NCBI GenBank assembly: GCA_963780225.1
Contig: CAWAAX010000004.1
Location: 164,217 to 228,216, forward strand
DNA length: 64,000 nucleotides
DNA from: an uncultured bacterium
Lineage (GTDB): Bacteria; Edwardsbacteria; AC1; EtOH8
Direction: 5' to 3'
Positions 10,616 to 19,660 of this stretch are shown here, in pieces. Numbering within the stretch: position 1 is the stretch's first letter; each line of letters opens with the position of its first letter. The notes beneath the pieces were generated by a model that had not been told where the DNA came from, did not search any database, and saw nothing but the letters and a program-made list of their open reading frames with translations. Both the position numbers and the translations under genes were made by a program.

Positions 10616-12094
10616 GTGAATAGGAAGTATTTATATTTATTAGTACCGATCCTCATCATCGCCGGCTGCGGCAAACGCCTGCCTACGATAGTGCAACAGG
10701 CGGCAAATAGTGTCCCGCGGCGGGTGGTGATGGAATTATTCACCGCTACCTGGTGCACCAATTGTCCGACTTCTGATGCTGCGCTGGAGAGGCTGGCCGA
10801 AGAGATGGGCGACTCATTAACGATCATCGAATATCATCCCTTAACCGATACCTTTGGCAATGCCGAATCGGAAGCCCGGGGGCAGTTTTACGGGGTGGAT
10901 GCCTGGCCTACCATCTGGTGCGACGGATTGGCATCACAGGTGGGTACTACTCTGGACACCTACCAAAGCTATTTCGTATTGGCCCATAATCGAATTCTCT
11001 TAAATAGCCAAGTTAAAATTGATCTTACAGCAAGGATCGAGCAGGGGATACTGGGATATAGCGCAACCATACAGCCATTGGTTAAAACAACTTTAAACGA
11101 TCCCAGGCTTTTGGTGCTGGTGCTGGAGGATTCTATATATTACAGTGCGCTTAATGGCCTAAAATTGCATCGTTTTGTCTGCCGGGACATAGTCCCGGAC
11201 GCTTCCGGCCTTTCCCTAAATCTGGTTGTGGGGAATACCATTCTAAAACAGGGGAATATTCTAATAGACACTTTGAAGTGGCGGACCGATCGTTTATGGT
11301 TGGCGGCGATCGTTCAGGATAATTTCAGTAAAGAGATATTACAGTCCGATTTTGTTAATTTATCGGAACCGGTTTGGGATTTTACTCTAAGTTCGGGCGA
11401 TACCGTAATAACAGCCGGATTGGATTCTACCGCCAGCTACAGCTTTAAGATCAAAAATACCGGCAATCAACCGGACACTTTTTGGCTGGACCTGCCGGAC
11501 AGTCTATCCCTGCCCGGCGATCTCAACCGGGTTATAAGGGGTTCCTCGGGCGTACCATTGTCGCTGCCGTACCCATTGGCTCTTGATCCGGGAGATTCGG
11601 TGGCAAGTTTTACGGTGGAACTTAGTTCGTCAACGGTTGGCGATTTTCAAACGGCTTTGACAGTTCAATCAACCAAGCAACCAACCACAATAAAAAGCGT
11701 TAATTTTTACCTAAAATCTGTCTTCATCGTTATCATAGATTTTTCCCTGACGGCAACGGATACCCTTCTGTCTGCCTCTGTTGGCGCCACAGCGGAATAC
11801 CCGGTTACAATTAAAAATATTGGCAACCAATCAGACACCATTTGGCTTGATTTGCCGGATAGTTTGGTTGTACCATCCTCATTTTATGTTGCCCCTGCAT
11901 TGTGCAATATATTAGGCCTTTGTTATTCAGTCCCATATAAAAAATATTTGGCGGCAGGTGATTCATTGACAAGTTTAGTGGTTCATCTAACGCCAATAGT
12001 GGCCGGGCATTGCGAAGCTTCACTGACCCTGACCTCAAAAAAAGATCCGCTTTTGGTCCGCCGGCTCAGGCTACATTTGGAGGTGGCAAAATGA
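10616..12094 (+). CDS. Omp28-related thioredoxin-fold lipoprotein with two C-terminal Ig-like repeats
   Basis: Lipobox IIAGC; VVMELFTATWCTNCP, IIEYH; duplicated DF.L...DT..IKN.GNQ.DT.WLDLPDSL module. Confidence 0.8.
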   Translation: MNRKYLYLLVPILIIAGCGKRLPTIVQQAANSVPRRVVMELFTATWCTNCPTSDAALERLAEEMGDSLTIIEYHPLTDTFGNAESEARGQFYGVDAWPTIWCDGLASQVGTTLDTYQSYFVLAHNRILLNSQVKIDLTARIEQGILGYSATIQPLVKTTLNDPRLLVLVLEDSIYYSALNGLKLHRFVCRDIVPDASGLSLNLVVGNTILKQGNILIDTLKWRTDRLWLAAIVQDNFSKEILQSDFVNLSEPVWDFTLSSGDTVITAGLDSTASYSFKIKNTGNQPDTFWLDLPDSLSLPGDLNRVIRGSSGVPLSLPYPLALDPGDSVASFTVELSSSTVGDFQTALTVQSTKQPTTIKSVNFYLKSVFIVIIDFSLTATDTLLSASVGATAEYPVTIKNIGNQSDTIWLDLPDSLVVPSSFYVAPALCNILGLCYSVPYKKYLAAGDSLTSLVVHLTPIVAGHCEASLTLTSKKDPLLVRRLRLHLEVAK

Positions 12095-13545
12095 AGAAGA
12101 TCATTTTTATTATTATAGCGGTTTCGCTATTCACTCTGAATTCATTGGCCTGGAATCTTTCCGGCAGCAACCAGGCCGAGATGTGGATCTCCCAACCGGG
12201 ATACAGTATGAGCTATAAGGAAATACTGGATATGCATCTCAAAGGGGCCATTGAAAACGGACTCGAAATAAAGGCCGGCCTGAGGTATCAGCAGGACGAT
12301 GAAATATGGAACGATTCCACTGTGTTCAAAGGGATATCCAAGAAATATCTGGAGTTGCAAAAAGAGGAGATAAAATTAAGGCTGGGGAATTATTATGCCG
12401 CTTTGGGGCGGGGGATCATATTGAATTGCGTTAACGATAACCTGGTGAAGCTCGACCGGGAGCTTGAGGGCGCTACTTTTACCGGAGGCTTCAGGGAAAT
12501 ATTGGAAGTCAAAGCCCTGGCCGGCCAGGTGTTTGAAAATACCTCCCGGGTCGACAGCCGGAGCTATTACGGTGGAGAAATCAAGCTGACGCCATTCAGC
12601 AAATTGGATATCGGCGGCGCCTATTTGCGGGCCAATGCTTCCGACAGGCCCAAGGATATAAATTACAACAAACCGGCCGAGGAATCCTTTGGGGGCAATG
12701 CCGGCCTAAGGATCTCCTCTTTAGAAATATACGGCGAATATGACGCCCGCCATACCTACGGCATACTGGATCCCACCCTGGGGTGGATCGGAGCGGATGA
12801 TGTCAAAGGCAAAGGTTTTTATTCCTCCATTAGCTGGGCTGTATCCGGCATTGGAGTAGTGGTGGATTATAAAGATTACAAGAATATGAACAGTTTGGTC
12901 AACGCCCCGCCCACTTGCAACAGGGATGGAAGACTGCTGAATCAGGCGGCTGATGAGCAAGGATTACAGATAGATTTTACGGTTTCCCCCTGGGAATTCA
13001 TGGAAATGCATGGCAACTATTCAACGGCTGAGACTGATAATAACGGCTCAAAATGGGAGGATACCTATTTTGAAGGGCGTTGGGAAGTGTCTGCTAAATT
13101 AGTGGTCAGAGCTGAGGCCAGGGCCAGGACAGAGGATTCCCTGGAAACCGAAGTCATCAGAAGAAAATATAAAGGCGGCGGAGTGGAAGGTAAGTGGCTA
13201 TACGGCGAGCAAAAAGCTTTAACCTTGAGGGTTGAAGGAGACAGGTTCAATAATTTGTATATTTCCGGACCGATGCAATTTAATGAAATAAGGGCCGGGT
13301 TAAGCTGGGTCCCGTTTGGATTCATCAATGTTTACGGCCAGATGGAGGTTTCGGATAAAAGGTTGCCGGAATATGAAAACCAGCAGAGGTGGGGACGGGC
13401 CGGAACCACCATTAGCATTGGACAGACGCAGAAGCTGGATATGTCCATAGGCCAAAACAAAGGCGGGTTGGTCTGTTCCGGGGGCTTCTGCCGTTATGAG
13501 CCGCCTTTCCGGGGAATGAAGGTCTCTTACCAATTGAGTTTTTAA
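12091..13545 (+). CDS. Outer-membrane beta-barrel protein, DUF6029-like
   Basis: Signal peptide, RLGNYYAALGRGIIL, C-terminal GGLVCSGGFCRYEPPFRG..SYQLSF with terminal Phe. Confidence 0.75.
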   Translation: MKKIIFIIIAVSLFTLNSLAWNLSGSNQAEMWISQPGYSMSYKEILDMHLKGAIENGLEIKAGLRYQQDDEIWNDSTVFKGISKKYLELQKEEIKLRLGNYYAALGRGIILNCVNDNLVKLDRELEGATFTGGFREILEVKALAGQVFENTSRVDSRSYYGGEIKLTPFSKLDIGGAYLRANASDRPKDINYNKPAEESFGGNAGLRISSLEIYGEYDARHTYGILDPTLGWIGADDVKGKGFYSSISWAVSGIGVVVDYKDYKNMNSLVNAPPTCNRDGRLLNQAADEQGLQIDFTVSPWEFMEMHGNYSTAETDNNGSKWEDTYFEGRWEVSAKLVVRAEARARTEDSLETEVIRRKYKGGGVEGKWLYGEQKALTLRVEGDRFNNLYISGPMQFNEIRAGLSWVPFGFINVYGQMEVSDKRLPEYENQQRWGRAGTTISIGQTQKLDMSIGQNKGGLVCSGGFCRYEPPFRGMKVSYQLSF

Positions 13546-13576
13546 CAGTCTTTTTCAATAAAACAACAGGAGCTTG

Positions 13577-14647
13577 ATGAAAAATCTTTACGCCGTAATT
13601 TTGGCCGGCGGCCGGGGGGAAAGGTTTTGGCCCAAAAGCCGCAGCAATATGCCCAAGCAATTATTGACCCTGACCGGCCAAAGCTCAATGCTGGCCGAGA
13701 CCCTGAACCGGGTGGGGTCATTAGTGCCGGTGGAGCGGCAGTGGGTGGTAACCGGTGAGGATTTGGTGAAATCAATAGAGAAGATAGGCATTGTTGGACC
13801 CAAGCTGGTCGGCGAGCCGGCTGGCCGCAATACTGCCCCGGCCATCGCGGTGGCCGCCGCCGAGATCGCCAAGGAAAACCCAGAGGCGGTGATGATGGTG
13901 CTGCCGTCCGACCACTTTATCAAAGATGTGCCCAAGTTCCAGCAGGCGTTGGAACAGGGAGCGGTTTTAGCCCGGCTGGAATATCTGGTAACCATAGGCA
14001 TCACGCCGGACCGGCCCGAGACCGGTTACGGATACATAGAACGGGGAGAGATGCTTCCCGGCTGCAGCATTCCCTGTTTTGTGGTTAAAAGTTTCAGGGA
14101 AAAACCGGATTCTCTCACGGCCAATAAATTTCTCAAAAGCGGTTATTTCTACTGGAACGGAGGGATATTCGTCTGGAAAGTTAAAACCATTCTCGAGCAA
14201 ATTGAAAAACATCTGCCGGAATTGTATAAAAAACTGAAGACTTGGCAGAAGGCCGGGGGTTTAAGCGCCGGCCCGGAAATATTCGCCGAATTTTACCGGG
14301 AAGTGGAAAAAACATCCATCGACTACGGGGTGATGGAAAAAGCGGAGAAGGTAGTGGTGATCAAAGGCGACTTCGGCTGGGACGATCTAGGTTCGTGGGA
14401 GGCAGTGGAGCGCTTTCACCCCCGGGACCAGCACCAAAATGTGCTGGTGGGCAACTGTCTGGCCATAGAGTCCCAGAACAATCTGGTCTACAGCGACGAT
14501 GGGATGGTGGCGGCGCTGGGGCTCAAGGATATCATCATCGTCCAATCTCAGGGAGCGGTGCTGGTCTGTCACCGTTCCAAAGTGCAGGAGGTGCGCAAGG
14601 TCATTGAAGAATTGAAAAAGCAGCCCAACGGGAAAAAGTACCTTTAA
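13577..14647 (+). CDS. manC: Mannose-1-phosphate guanylyltransferase
   Basis: VILAGGRGERFWPKSR..PKQLL, EPAGRNTAPAI, PSDH, PETGYGYI, FREKP, SIDYGVMEK, WDDLGSW. Confidence 0.93.
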   Translation: MKNLYAVILAGGRGERFWPKSRSNMPKQLLTLTGQSSMLAETLNRVGSLVPVERQWVVTGEDLVKSIEKIGIVGPKLVGEPAGRNTAPAIAVAAAEIAKENPEAVMMVLPSDHFIKDVPKFQQALEQGAVLARLEYLVTIGITPDRPETGYGYIERGEMLPGCSIPCFVVKSFREKPDSLTANKFLKSGYFYWNGGIFVWKVKTILEQIEKHLPELYKKLKTWQKAGGLSAGPEIFAEFYREVEKTSIDYGVMEKAEKVVVIKGDFGWDDLGSWEAVERFHPRDQHQNVLVGNCLAIESQNNLVYSDDGMVAALGLKDIIIVQSQGAVLVCHRSKVQEVRKVIEELKKQPNGKKYL

Positions 14648-14770
14648 ATAGCTATCGTCACCCTAGGTAAGACAGAATTTACGGGATTTTGTTCCGGGCC
14701 AGAATCACGATAAAATTTATTCCCAGAATATTCACCTATTCGCATTTTTACACAGGAGGTCTGTTCAGTA

Positions 14771-15244
14771 ATGAAAAACAAAATTCTTTTGGCTGCGGCC
14801 CTGCCCCTGCTGTTGACCGGGTGTTTTGGCAATAAACAGGAAACCCAAAAGCCTTTGGTGGAACCGGTGGCTGAAGCCCCGGCTAAAACGCCTTTTCCGG
14901 AACAGCCGGCAGTTGCCGCCCCGGCGCCCCAGTCTGAAGCCCCGGCCCCGCAGGACAACTCCGGCATGTTAGTCCCCTCCGGCAGCAAGGGCCCGGTACA
15001 GCAGGTCTACGGATGGCGGGTCCAGCTCTTCGTCTCCGGCTCCATCGAGAACGCCCGCCGGGTGGCCGAGGAAGCCCGCTGGAAGTTCAAGGACCAGCAG
15101 ATATACATTGCCGAAGCACTGCCCTATTACAAGGTGCAGGCCGGAAACTGCCTGACCCGGCAGGATGCCGACAACCTCAAGGCCCGGGCAAAGGCCTTGG
15201 GCTACCAGGGATCGTTCGTAGTGGAGATGGACCTGACCCGCTGA
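14771..15244 (+). CDS. SPOR-domain lipoprotein
   Basis: Lipobox LLTGC, Pro/Ala linker, GWRVQL..YYKVQAGN..GYQGSFVV. Confidence 0.85.
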   Translation: MKNKILLAAALPLLLTGCFGNKQETQKPLVEPVAEAPAKTPFPEQPAVAAPAPQSEAPAPQDNSGMLVPSGSKGPVQQVYGWRVQLFVSGSIENARRVAEEARWKFKDQQIYIAEALPYYKVQAGNCLTRQDADNLKARAKALGYQGSFVVEMDLTR

Positions 15245-15268
15245 TGCCCGGCAATGTAAAGAATAATT

Positions 15269-15323
15269 TATAAGGAACCCATGAAACCAAGAAAAAATTC
15301 CTGCCATTCCTGGTTTCCTTATA
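15269..15323. repeat. 8-mer-array inverted element (tataaggaa..ttccttata), copy 1
   Basis: tataaggaacccatgaa / ttcctggtttccttata imperfect inverted repeat; related copies at 52079, 57938, 62470. Confidence 0.65.
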
Positions 15324-17347
15324 GTATCCGGCTTATCCGGATCAGGAACTACGCACTACTTTTGCTGGTCATTCTGTTAATGGCCGGCCAGGCCTTCTGT
15401 CAGATGACCCTGAAGAAAGCCGCCGATCCCATGGGACAGGATGTTTCCGGGGACCGGCAGGTGGTGGTGGCCGGGAGGGCGGCCGCCCAGCCTTTGGTGG
15501 TCCAGGTCACCAATGCCAAAGGGGAACCGCTGTCCGGTGTCAAAGTTCTGTTCGATGTGGCCGGGGGCCAGGCGGCCCGGCTGGACAGCGCCCAGGCCAG
15601 GACCGATGTCCAGGGCTATGCCCGGTGCCGGGCGACCTCCAATACCGGACCCCAGCCGGTCTACATCAACGCCTGGCTGGCCGCCGGTCCGGAGCAGAGG
15701 GTGACCTTTACACTGCACTCTTTCCTGCCCCATTGGTGGCTGTTCGCATTATTAGGTTCGCTGGGCGGAGTGGCCCTGTTCCTGTTCGGCCTTCGCTTCA
15801 GTTCCCGGGGCCTGCAGAAGGCGGCCGGGGTCAAGTTAAAGCAGATGCTGTGGAGCCTGACCGACAACAGCCTGATGGGGATGGGGGTGGGGGCCCTGGT
15901 GACGGTGATCATCCAGTCGTCCACCGCCACCACCGTGATGCTGGTCTCGCTGACCAACGCCGGCCTGATCGGCCTGCGCCAGGTGCTGGGGGTGATCCTG
16001 GGGGCCGACATCGGCACCACCGTCACCGTCCAGCTGATAGCCTTCAAACTGTCTGACTATTCCCTGATCCTGGTGGCGGCAGGGTTTTTTCTGATGACCA
16101 TCGCCGGAAAACGGGCCTGGCGCTATTATCCCCAGATCATATTCGGAGCCGGGCTGATATTCTTCGGGCTTAAACTTACCTCCGAGGCCATAGCTCCGTT
16201 AAAAGTTTTGCCCTGGTTCACCCAGATGTTCCTGCACCTGGACGGCCGTCCGCTGCTGGGAGTCCTAATCGGCACGGCCTTCACCTTGCTGGTCCACTCC
16301 AGCGCCGCCACCATCGGAATACTATTGACCCTGGCCTTTCAGGGCCTGATCCCGCTGCCGGCCGCCATTCCGGTGATCATCGGGGCCAACATCGGCACCT
16401 GCGGCAGCGCCCTGGTCGCCGCCTGGGGCCAGACCAAGGAGGCGGTGCTGGTGGCCTGGGGCCATACCATTTTCAAAGTGGGGGCCGGGCTGCTGGCCTT
16501 CGTCCTGATAAACCCATTCACTGCCCTGGTGCTCCGGATGGGAGGGGAGCCGGCCCGGCAGATCGCCAACGCCCACACTCTGTTCAACCTGGCGGCGGCT
16601 TTGATCTTCCTGCCCTTTCTGGTGCCTTACGAAAAACTGCTGCGGCGGATAGTCCCCAATCAGCTGGACCGTCAAAAAGCTTTTGGGCCGAAGTATCTGG
16701 ACGAACGGGTACTGGAAACCCCGTCTTTAGCCATCGGACAGGTCTCCCAGGAGATATTGCGGATGGCCGACATAGTCAAGGCGATGCTGGGCCGTTCCAT
16801 GGAAGCTATCGAGAAGAATGACACCCAACTGCAGCAGCAGCTGGTGGACGACGACGACAAAGTGGACCTGCTGGAGGAGGCCATCACGCCCTATGTGGCC
16901 AAAATAGCCCAACAGGAACTTTCTGGCGATCAGTCAAACCGGGGGATCAAACTTTTATATGTGGTAAACAACCTGGAGCACATCGGAGACGTGATCAGCA
17001 AGAACATCATGGGTCATGTCCGGAAAAAGATCGATGGACATCTGGCCTTTTCCCAGGAGGGCCTTTGTGATCTGCGGGAGATCCACCGCCAGACTATGAC
17101 CACCTTGGACATCGCCATCGGTGCCTTTGCCGCCAATGATACTGGCTTGGCCCGCCAGGCCCTGGAGCGCAAGGATCTGGTCTATGCCCTGGAAAGGGAG
17201 TTGTATAAAAAACATCTGGACCGGCTTCAAAAGGGCTTGAAGGAATCCAGGGAGACCAGCACCATTCATCTGGACCTGCTGAGCGATTTTGAAAGAATAA
17301 ACTTCAACGCCAGCCAGATGGGGGCTTCCATTCTGCCCAAGGAATAA
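15281..17347 (+). CDS. Na+/Pi cotransporter (NptA-like) with PhoU domain and N-terminal Ig-like domain
   Basis: IIQSSTATTVM, GADIGTT, GANIGT, IANAHTLFN, NNLEHIGD; N-terminal PLVVQVTNAKGEPLSGVKVLF..ARTDVQGYA resembles Big_1. Confidence 0.88.
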   Translation: MKPRKNSCHSWFPYSIRLIRIRNYALLLLVILLMAGQAFCQMTLKKAADPMGQDVSGDRQVVVAGRAAAQPLVVQVTNAKGEPLSGVKVLFDVAGGQAARLDSAQARTDVQGYARCRATSNTGPQPVYINAWLAAGPEQRVTFTLHSFLPHWWLFALLGSLGGVALFLFGLRFSSRGLQKAAGVKLKQMLWSLTDNSLMGMGVGALVTVIIQSSTATTVMLVSLTNAGLIGLRQVLGVILGADIGTTVTVQLIAFKLSDYSLILVAAGFFLMTIAGKRAWRYYPQIIFGAGLIFFGLKLTSEAIAPLKVLPWFTQMFLHLDGRPLLGVLIGTAFTLLVHSSAATIGILLTLAFQGLIPLPAAIPVIIGANIGTCGSALVAAWGQTKEAVLVAWGHTIFKVGAGLLAFVLINPFTALVLRMGGEPARQIANAHTLFNLAAALIFLPFLVPYEKLLRRIVPNQLDRQKAFGPKYLDERVLETPSLAIGQVSQEILRMADIVKAMLGRSMEAIEKNDTQLQQQLVDDDDKVDLLEEAITPYVAKIAQQELSGDQSNRGIKLLYVVNNLEHIGDVISKNIMGHVRKKIDGHLAFSQEGLCDLREIHRQTMTTLDIAIGAFAANDTGLARQALERKDLVYALERELYKKHLDRLQKGLKESRETSTIHLDLLSDFERINFNASQMGASILPKE

Positions 17348-17408
17348 TTGAAAAATTTAAACCGATAGATCTCACGAAAAATAAATTCACCAGCCATATG
17401 GAGGGATT

Positions 17409-17711
17409 ATGCCCAAACTGACCAATTACATGGAACGGATTGTCAAGGAAGAACTTTCCCGGGTGATGCTTTCCCGTCCCGGCATTTGCTGCTGCCGGGT
17501 CTGCCAGCTGGACGTGATGGCCCTGGCCCTGAACCAGCTGCCTTCGCAGTACGTGGTCAGCGAAGGGGGGCATATCCATACCATGGTCAACATGGCCCAC
17601 GACCAGTTCAAGACCCAGGTGCTGGTGGCTATAGTCAACGCCATCAACTCGGTCAGCACTCATCCCCGGCACAAGCTGAAAAAGGGCCTGAATACTGTCA
17701 CTCGGCACTAA
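17409..17711 (+). CDS. comFB: ComFB-family protein
   Basis: LTNYMERIV, CCCRVCQLDVMALALNQLPSQYVV, VSTHPRH. Confidence 0.88.
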   Translation: MPKLTNYMERIVKEELSRVMLSRPGICCCRVCQLDVMALALNQLPSQYVVSEGGHIHTMVNMAHDQFKTQVLVAIVNAINSVSTHPRHKLKKGLNTVTRH

Positions 17712-17814
17712 AGACAGTCCAGGCAGATGAATAAACAGATTATTTACCTCGCATACCGCTGATCTAATGGGTGCGGAAACGCACCCATTATTGTTTTAGC
17801 AGAAGGATACGGAT

Positions 17815-19176
17815 TTGGACCGCTCTCAGGAACTAGAGCAGACCCCGGTGGGGAAACTGCTCTGGAAATATTTCGTGCCGGCCATCATCGGAGTGATGGC
17901 CAATACCATCTACAACATAGTCGACCGGATCTACATTGGCCGGGGAGTGGGGGCCTTGGCCCTTTCCGGCTTAAGCGTTACCTTTCCCATCATGATCATC
18001 GCCATGGCCTTCGGGATGCTGGTGGGAATGGGGGCTTCCTCGCTGGTCTCCATACGCTTGGGCCAGCAGAACAAGGGCGAGGCCGAAAAGATACTGGGCA
18101 ATGCCTTCATGCTGCTGCTGATGATTTCCCTGGCCGTTACTGTTTCCGGCCTGCTGGCCCGGGACCGGGTACTGGCTCTGTTCGGGGCCGGCCCCGATAC
18201 CATCGGCTATGCCCGGCAGTATATCACCATCATCCTGTGGGGGAATATTTTCCAGGGGATCGGTTTCGGGATGAACGGTATCATCCGGGCCGAAGGCAAT
18301 GCCAAAATAGCCATGTACACCATGCTCCTGGGGGCGGTCATGAACATCGTGCTGGACCCGCTGTTCATCTTCGTCTTCAAGATGGGGGTCAGCGGGGCGG
18401 CCATCGCCACGGTGATCTCCATGGCCGCCACCAGCCTTTGGGTGCTGATGCACTTTACCGGTAGCAAAAGCGCCCTGCGTTTGAAGCCGGCCAATTTTAA
18501 ACTTCAGCGGGGCATAGTGCTGGGGATCCTGTCCATCGGGATGGCGCCCTTCGCCATGCAGCTGGCCGGCAGCGTCATCAGCACCCTGTTCAACATCCAG
18601 CTGATCAGGTACGGCGGCGACCTGGCGGTGGGGGCCATGGGCATAATCAACAGCGTGGCCATGATGGTGGTCTTCTGCGTCATCGCCCTCAACATGGCGG
18701 CCCAGCCGATCATCGGCTACAATTACGGGGCCGGCCGGCACTCCCGGGTAAAGCGGACACTGAAGATCTCCATCATCGCGGCCACAGTCATCACCACGGC
18801 CGGATTCCTGGCGGTGGAGATATTTCCCCAGGCCATCATCGGGCTGTTCAACCGGGACGACCGGCAATTGATGGAGCTGGGAACCAGGGGAATGCGGATA
18901 TTGCTGGCCATGTTCCCGGTGGTGGGTTTTCAGGTGGTCAGCGGAAATTTCTTTCAGGCCATCGGCCAGGCCCGGACCTCCCTGTTCCTCAACCTGCTCC
19001 GGCAGGTGATAGTGCTGATCCCCCTGATCCTGATCCTGCCCCCGGTATTCGGGATAGACGGGATCTGGGTCTCCGGCCCGGCGGCCGACCTCATTTCCGC
19101 GGTCATCACCGCAGTGATGATCGTCCGGGAGGTCAAAAAACTGAGGGTTCCGGATCTGGCTGTCAACGGCGGGTGA
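17815..19176 (+). CDS. MATE family efflux transporter (MepA-like)
   Basis: IYNIVDRIYIG, IRAEGNAK, NIVLDPLFIF, QPIIGYNYGA; multiple TM helices; TTG start. Confidence 0.92.
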   Translation: MDRSQELEQTPVGKLLWKYFVPAIIGVMANTIYNIVDRIYIGRGVGALALSGLSVTFPIMIIAMAFGMLVGMGASSLVSIRLGQQNKGEAEKILGNAFMLLLMISLAVTVSGLLARDRVLALFGAGPDTIGYARQYITIILWGNIFQGIGFGMNGIIRAEGNAKIAMYTMLLGAVMNIVLDPLFIFVFKMGVSGAAIATVISMAATSLWVLMHFTGSKSALRLKPANFKLQRGIVLGILSIGMAPFAMQLAGSVISTLFNIQLIRYGGDLAVGAMGIINSVAMMVVFCVIALNMAAQPIIGYNYGAGRHSRVKRTLKISIIAATVITTAGFLAVEIFPQAIIGLFNRDDRQLMELGTRGMRILLAMFPVVGFQVVSGNFFQAIGQARTSLFLNLLRQVIVLIPLILILPPVFGIDGIWVSGPAADLISAVITAVMIVREVKKLRVPDLAVNGG

Positions 19177-19209
19177 AGCAGCGGGCGGCATAATTTTGTC
19201 TTAAAACTG

Positions 19210-19238
19210 TTGACAAACAGTGAAAATTACAGTATTAT
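19210..19238 (+). promoter_or_regulatory. Sigma70-type promoter
   Basis: TTGACA-17 bp-TATTAT upstream of the 19318 ORF. Confidence 0.6.
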
Positions 19239-19317
19239 CTTTTTAACCCCCTTTCCCGGCGGCCCTGGTCCGCCTCGGTCCGGGCAAGGGAGCAACCAAC
19301 ATTTACGGAAGAGGTCC

Positions 19318-19656
19318 ATGACTTATTTTAAAAGCTACATCAAAAACAAGATAGTGCCCCAAAAGTGCTGGGATGACATCTTTGAACTGCTGGCCAGCGT
19401 CAGCAGTCCCGATGTGGAGGACTGGCTGGAGGAGCGGGGGCAGAGCGGCTTTACCATCGAGGAGTTCATATATTTCCTAAATTCGCTGGACGAGGAAGAG
19501 ATACAGGACTGGCTGTGGGAACACCGGGATGATTTCTCGGCGGTGCTCTCCCGCCCATCGTTCAATTTTGACGACAGCCGGATGGTGGACTCCAACAATC
19601 GCTGGTGCAACGTGCTGTTCCTTTCGGCCAATAAAAGATCTGATATCAAGGAGTAA
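19318..19656 (+). CDS. Hypothetical acidic protein
   Basis: ATG after gagg RBS; 112 aa, Asp/Glu/Trp-rich; abuts next gene's RBS. Confidence 0.6.
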   Translation: MTYFKSYIKNKIVPQKCWDDIFELLASVSSPDVEDWLEERGQSGFTIEEFIYFLNSLDEEEIQDWLWEHRDDFSAVLSRPSFNFDDSRMVDSNNRWCNVLFLSANKRSDIKE

Positions 19657-19660
19657 AGTC

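Noticed and set aside
8940..10780. Selenocysteine in the thioredoxin-fold proteins
   Set aside because: All CxxC motifs use Cys codons; breaks in the 8017-9996 gene are frameshifts, not in-frame TGA at active sites
17971..19191. 406-aa antisense ORF and other long shadow ORFs (6572-7384, 20679-21464, 59078-60001)
   Set aside because: Fully overlap well-supported genes; expected from GC-rich codon bias; no motifs
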